This document shows, piece after piece, positions 30,078-32,000 of a stretch of 32,000 nucleotides of DNA (position 1 is the first letter of the stretch; every line of letters begins with the position of its first letter). This DNA is from Nitrosospira multiformis ATCC 25196 (lineage in GTDB: Bacteria; Pseudomonadota; Gammaproteobacteria; Burkholderiales; Nitrosomonadaceae): positions 1,260,001 through 1,292,000 of the forward strand of contig NC_007614.1 in assembly GCF_000196355.1 (NCBI RefSeq), read 5' to 3'. Made by a program: the position numbers and the translations under genes. The notes under the pieces are model-generated. The model made no database searches. It was not told where the DNA came from and saw only the letters and a program-made list of their open reading frames with translations.

Positions 30078-30126
30078 CAGGCAGCGAAAGAATTATGGCA
30101 TTTTGCCTCGATTCTTCCGCTGCCTG
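30078..30126 (-). terminator. Long near-perfect hairpin 16 nt downstream of the ctpA stop
   Basis: CAGGCAGCGAAAGAAT (30078-30093) pairs with ATTCTTCCGCTGCCTG (30111-30126): 16 bp with one mismatch. The loop contains a further GGCA/TGCC mini-stem. No U-tract follows on the minus strand. Confidence 0.35.
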
Positions 30127-30141
30127 ATGTTCGGGGCTGCC

Positions 30142-31587
30142 TCAGTTTTCTACTTTTGCAGTTGCGCGCTTGCTGGCGTTTTCCTTGATATAGCTGATAG
30201 CCTGAACCAGCAGCAGGTCATCGCTGGAACCGAACTCAGCAGGTGACTCACGCTTCTTGTTCTTGTCTTCCTCGTTCTCGGACTTGACCGGCTTGACTCC
30301 CGGTTTTGGCGCGACCTTTGTTTCCGGCACTCCCTTCGCCTCCGTCTCCCGTTTCTGGTCCTCAGCCTTGCCATTGGATAGATGACGATCGAGATCAGCT
30401 TCACGCAGGCGCTCGACTTCATCCTTTGCCAATTCATCCATGACATCAGGCGTGATTCCCTTGGCCTGGATGGATTGTCCATTTGGCGTATAGTACCGTG
30501 CCGTGGTCAATTTGATAGCTGTGTTGTTTCCCAGCGGTAAAATGGTTTGCACCGAACCTTTACCGAAGGTTTGCGTTCCCATCACGATCGACCGTTTATG
30601 ATCCTGCAGCGCGCCGGCAACGATTTCCGAAGCCGAAGCCGAGCCGCCATTTACGAGTGTCACCATCGGTACGGTCTTGATACCCGCTGGGAGCCGCTTG
30701 ACGTAGTCGTTCTTCGTATCGCGCAGATAGAACTCGGGACTGGCCTTGAGTTTCATCTTCGCATCTTCGCTACGGCCATCGGTATAGACAACCAGAGAAT
30801 CCTCCGGTAAAAAGGCCGCAGATACTGCCACTGCTCCATTCAACAGGCCCCCCGGGTCATTACGCAAGTCCAGCACCAGTCCCTTCATCGAGCCACCGCT
30901 TTCCTTGAAAAGCTTATCTATCGCCTTCGCCAGGTTTTCCCCCGTCTGTTCCTGAAACTGGGTGATACGAATATATCCGTAGCCAGGCTCGATCATTTTC
31001 GACTTCACGCTTTGTATCCTGATGACGGCGCGAACCAGTGGGAACACAATCGGCTTGGCCTCGCCCTTGCGCACGACGGTAAGGGTAATAGGCGTATCGG
31101 GCTTGCCGCGCATGCGCTTGATGGCCTCCGTAAGCGAGAGCCCCTTGACCGCGGTATCGTCCAGCTTGATGATAAGATCTCCGGGTTTTATCCCGGCGCG
31201 GAAGGCGGGCGTATCCTCGATAGGAGAAATGACCTTGACAAATCCGTCTTCCATGCTCACTTCGATGCCCAGGCCCCCGAACTCACCCTGAGTGCCAATC
31301 TGCAGCTCCTTGAAAGCATCTGCATCCAGATAGGCGGAATGGGGATCGAGGCCTGTCAGCATGCCATTGATGGCTTCAGTGATGAGCTTTTTGTCTTCTA
31401 CCGGTTCGACGTAATCATTTTTTATCCGGCCGAACACTTCTGTGAAGGCCCGAAGCTCCTCCACCGGAAGGGGATGCAGGACCCCCTGCGGTTCCTTATT
31501 GGCAACAGCAGAAAAATTGAGGCTCAGCATCACGCCGGCGATTGCACCGAAAATGACGAGGCCGAACTGCCGCATTTTGTCGCCCAT
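30142..31587 (-). CDS. ctpA: Carboxy-terminal processing protease (S41 family, PDZ-containing)
   Basis: The ATG at 31587 is preceded by GGAGAA; the track start at 31605 is a TTG upstream of the RBS. Features: an N-terminal TM/signal (FGLVIFGAIAGVMLSLNFSA), a PDZ domain (GIKPGDLIIKLDD), S41 catalytic strings (NGGSASASEIVAGALQD and TFGKGSVQT), and a Lys/Glu-rich C-terminal tail. Confidence 0.92.
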   Translation of the reverse strand: MGDKMRQFGLVIFGAIAGVMLSLNFSAVANKEPQGVLHPLPVEELRAFTEVFGRIKNDYVEPVEDKKLITEAINGMLTGLDPHSAYLDADAFKELQIGTQGEFGGLGIEVSMEDGFVKVISPIEDTPAFRAGIKPGDLIIKLDDTAVKGLSLTEAIKRMRGKPDTPITLTVVRKGEAKPIVFPLVRAVIRIQSVKSKMIEPGYGYIRITQFQEQTGENLAKAIDKLFKESGGSMKGLVLDLRNDPGGLLNGAVAVSAAFLPEDSLVVYTDGRSEDAKMKLKASPEFYLRDTKNDYVKRLPAGIKTVPMVTLVNGGSASASEIVAGALQDHKRSIVMGTQTFGKGSVQTILPLGNNTAIKLTTARYYTPNGQSIQAKGITPDVMDELAKDEVERLREADLDRHLSNGKAEDQKRETEAKGVPETKVAPKPGVKPVKSENEEDKNKKRESPAEFGSSDDLLLVQAISYIKENASKRATAKVEN

Positions 31588-31623
31588 TAAATATTCTCCA
31601 AACAAGTCAAATTGTTGCTTAGA

Positions 31624-32000
31624 TCATTTTATTCTGACCCAGTTCAAAGGGTCAAACGGTTTGCCCTGATGGCGCAATTCGAAGTATAGGCCGGTATCGG
31701 AATTTCCACTGCTATTGCCTACTGTGGCTATCGTCTCTCCGGCATTGATCACGTCTCCCACCCGCTTATGGACTGCTTCATTATTTCCATAAAGACTCAT
31801 ATAGTTGTCGCCGTGGTCCAGAATCATCAGGTTGCCGAACCCTCTGAGCCAGTCGGCGAATACGACGCGTCCATTTGCAATCGCCTTCACACTCTCGCCG
31901 CCAGCGGCGCGGATGAACAACCCTTTCCAGGTAACGCCACCATCTGCACGTGGACTGCCGAAGCGGTTTGCAAGTTCCCCGCGCACCGGTGAATTCAGGT
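31624..32000 (-). CDS. M23-family peptidase / EnvC-like murein hydrolase activator (3' part; the 5' end lies beyond the window)
   Basis: The minus-strand frame is open to the window edge (...LNSPVRGELANRFG...). LytM/M23 domain strings are present: KGLFIRAAGGESVKAIANGRVVFADWLRGFGNLMILDHGDNYMSLYGNN and GLYFELRHQGKPFDPLNW. The gene is adjacent to ctpA. Confidence 0.88.
   Translation of the reverse strand, partial: LNSPVRGELANRFGSPRADGGVTWKGLFIRAAGGESVKAIANGRVVFADWLRGFGNLMILDHGDNYMSLYGNNEAVHKRVGDVINAGETIATVGNSSGNSDTGLYFELRHQGKPFDPLNWVRIK

Overview
The window is mostly conserved chromosomal backbone. The protein sequences and gene order look betaproteobacterial, possibly Nitrosomonadales-like, but that taxon is my inference only.

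- **1-12778 (+):** eleven consecutive genes of the NADH:quinone oxidoreductase (complex I) operon, from the 3' part of nuoD through nuoN.
- **12948-17390 (-):** a YbiR-family anion permease, a YchJ-family SEC-C protein, the stress kinase SrkA/RdoA and a secreted PQQ-dependent (sorbosone/glucose-type) dehydrogenase.
- **17558-19477 (+):** htpG, behind a good sigma-32-type promoter.
- **19720-27052:** the only clearly accessory-looking block. It holds an NhaR-like LysR regulator, divergent from a three-gene metal-type RND efflux operon (outer-membrane factor, lipoprotein adaptor, CusA/CzcA-family pump). A P-II (GlnB-like) gene follows, split over three reading frames.
- **27109-32000:** argB, slmA (+), then moeB, a C-terminal processing protease and the 3' part of an M23/EnvC-like peptidase (-).

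I found no tRNA, rRNA, CRISPR array, transposase, integrase or recognisable defence system, and I do not claim a novel system.

The points most worth a second look are:
1. the frameshifted pump-linked P-II gene;
2. a 76-residue proline-rich spacer in the efflux outer-membrane factor;
3. a pump signature that is neither classic Czc nor classic Cus;
4. a roughly 600-bp gene-less stretch with a compact multi-hairpin element upstream of the permease;
5. an unusually long nuoI-nuoJ spacer exactly filled by a small ORF.

All homology statements come from reading the translations by eye. No searches were run.
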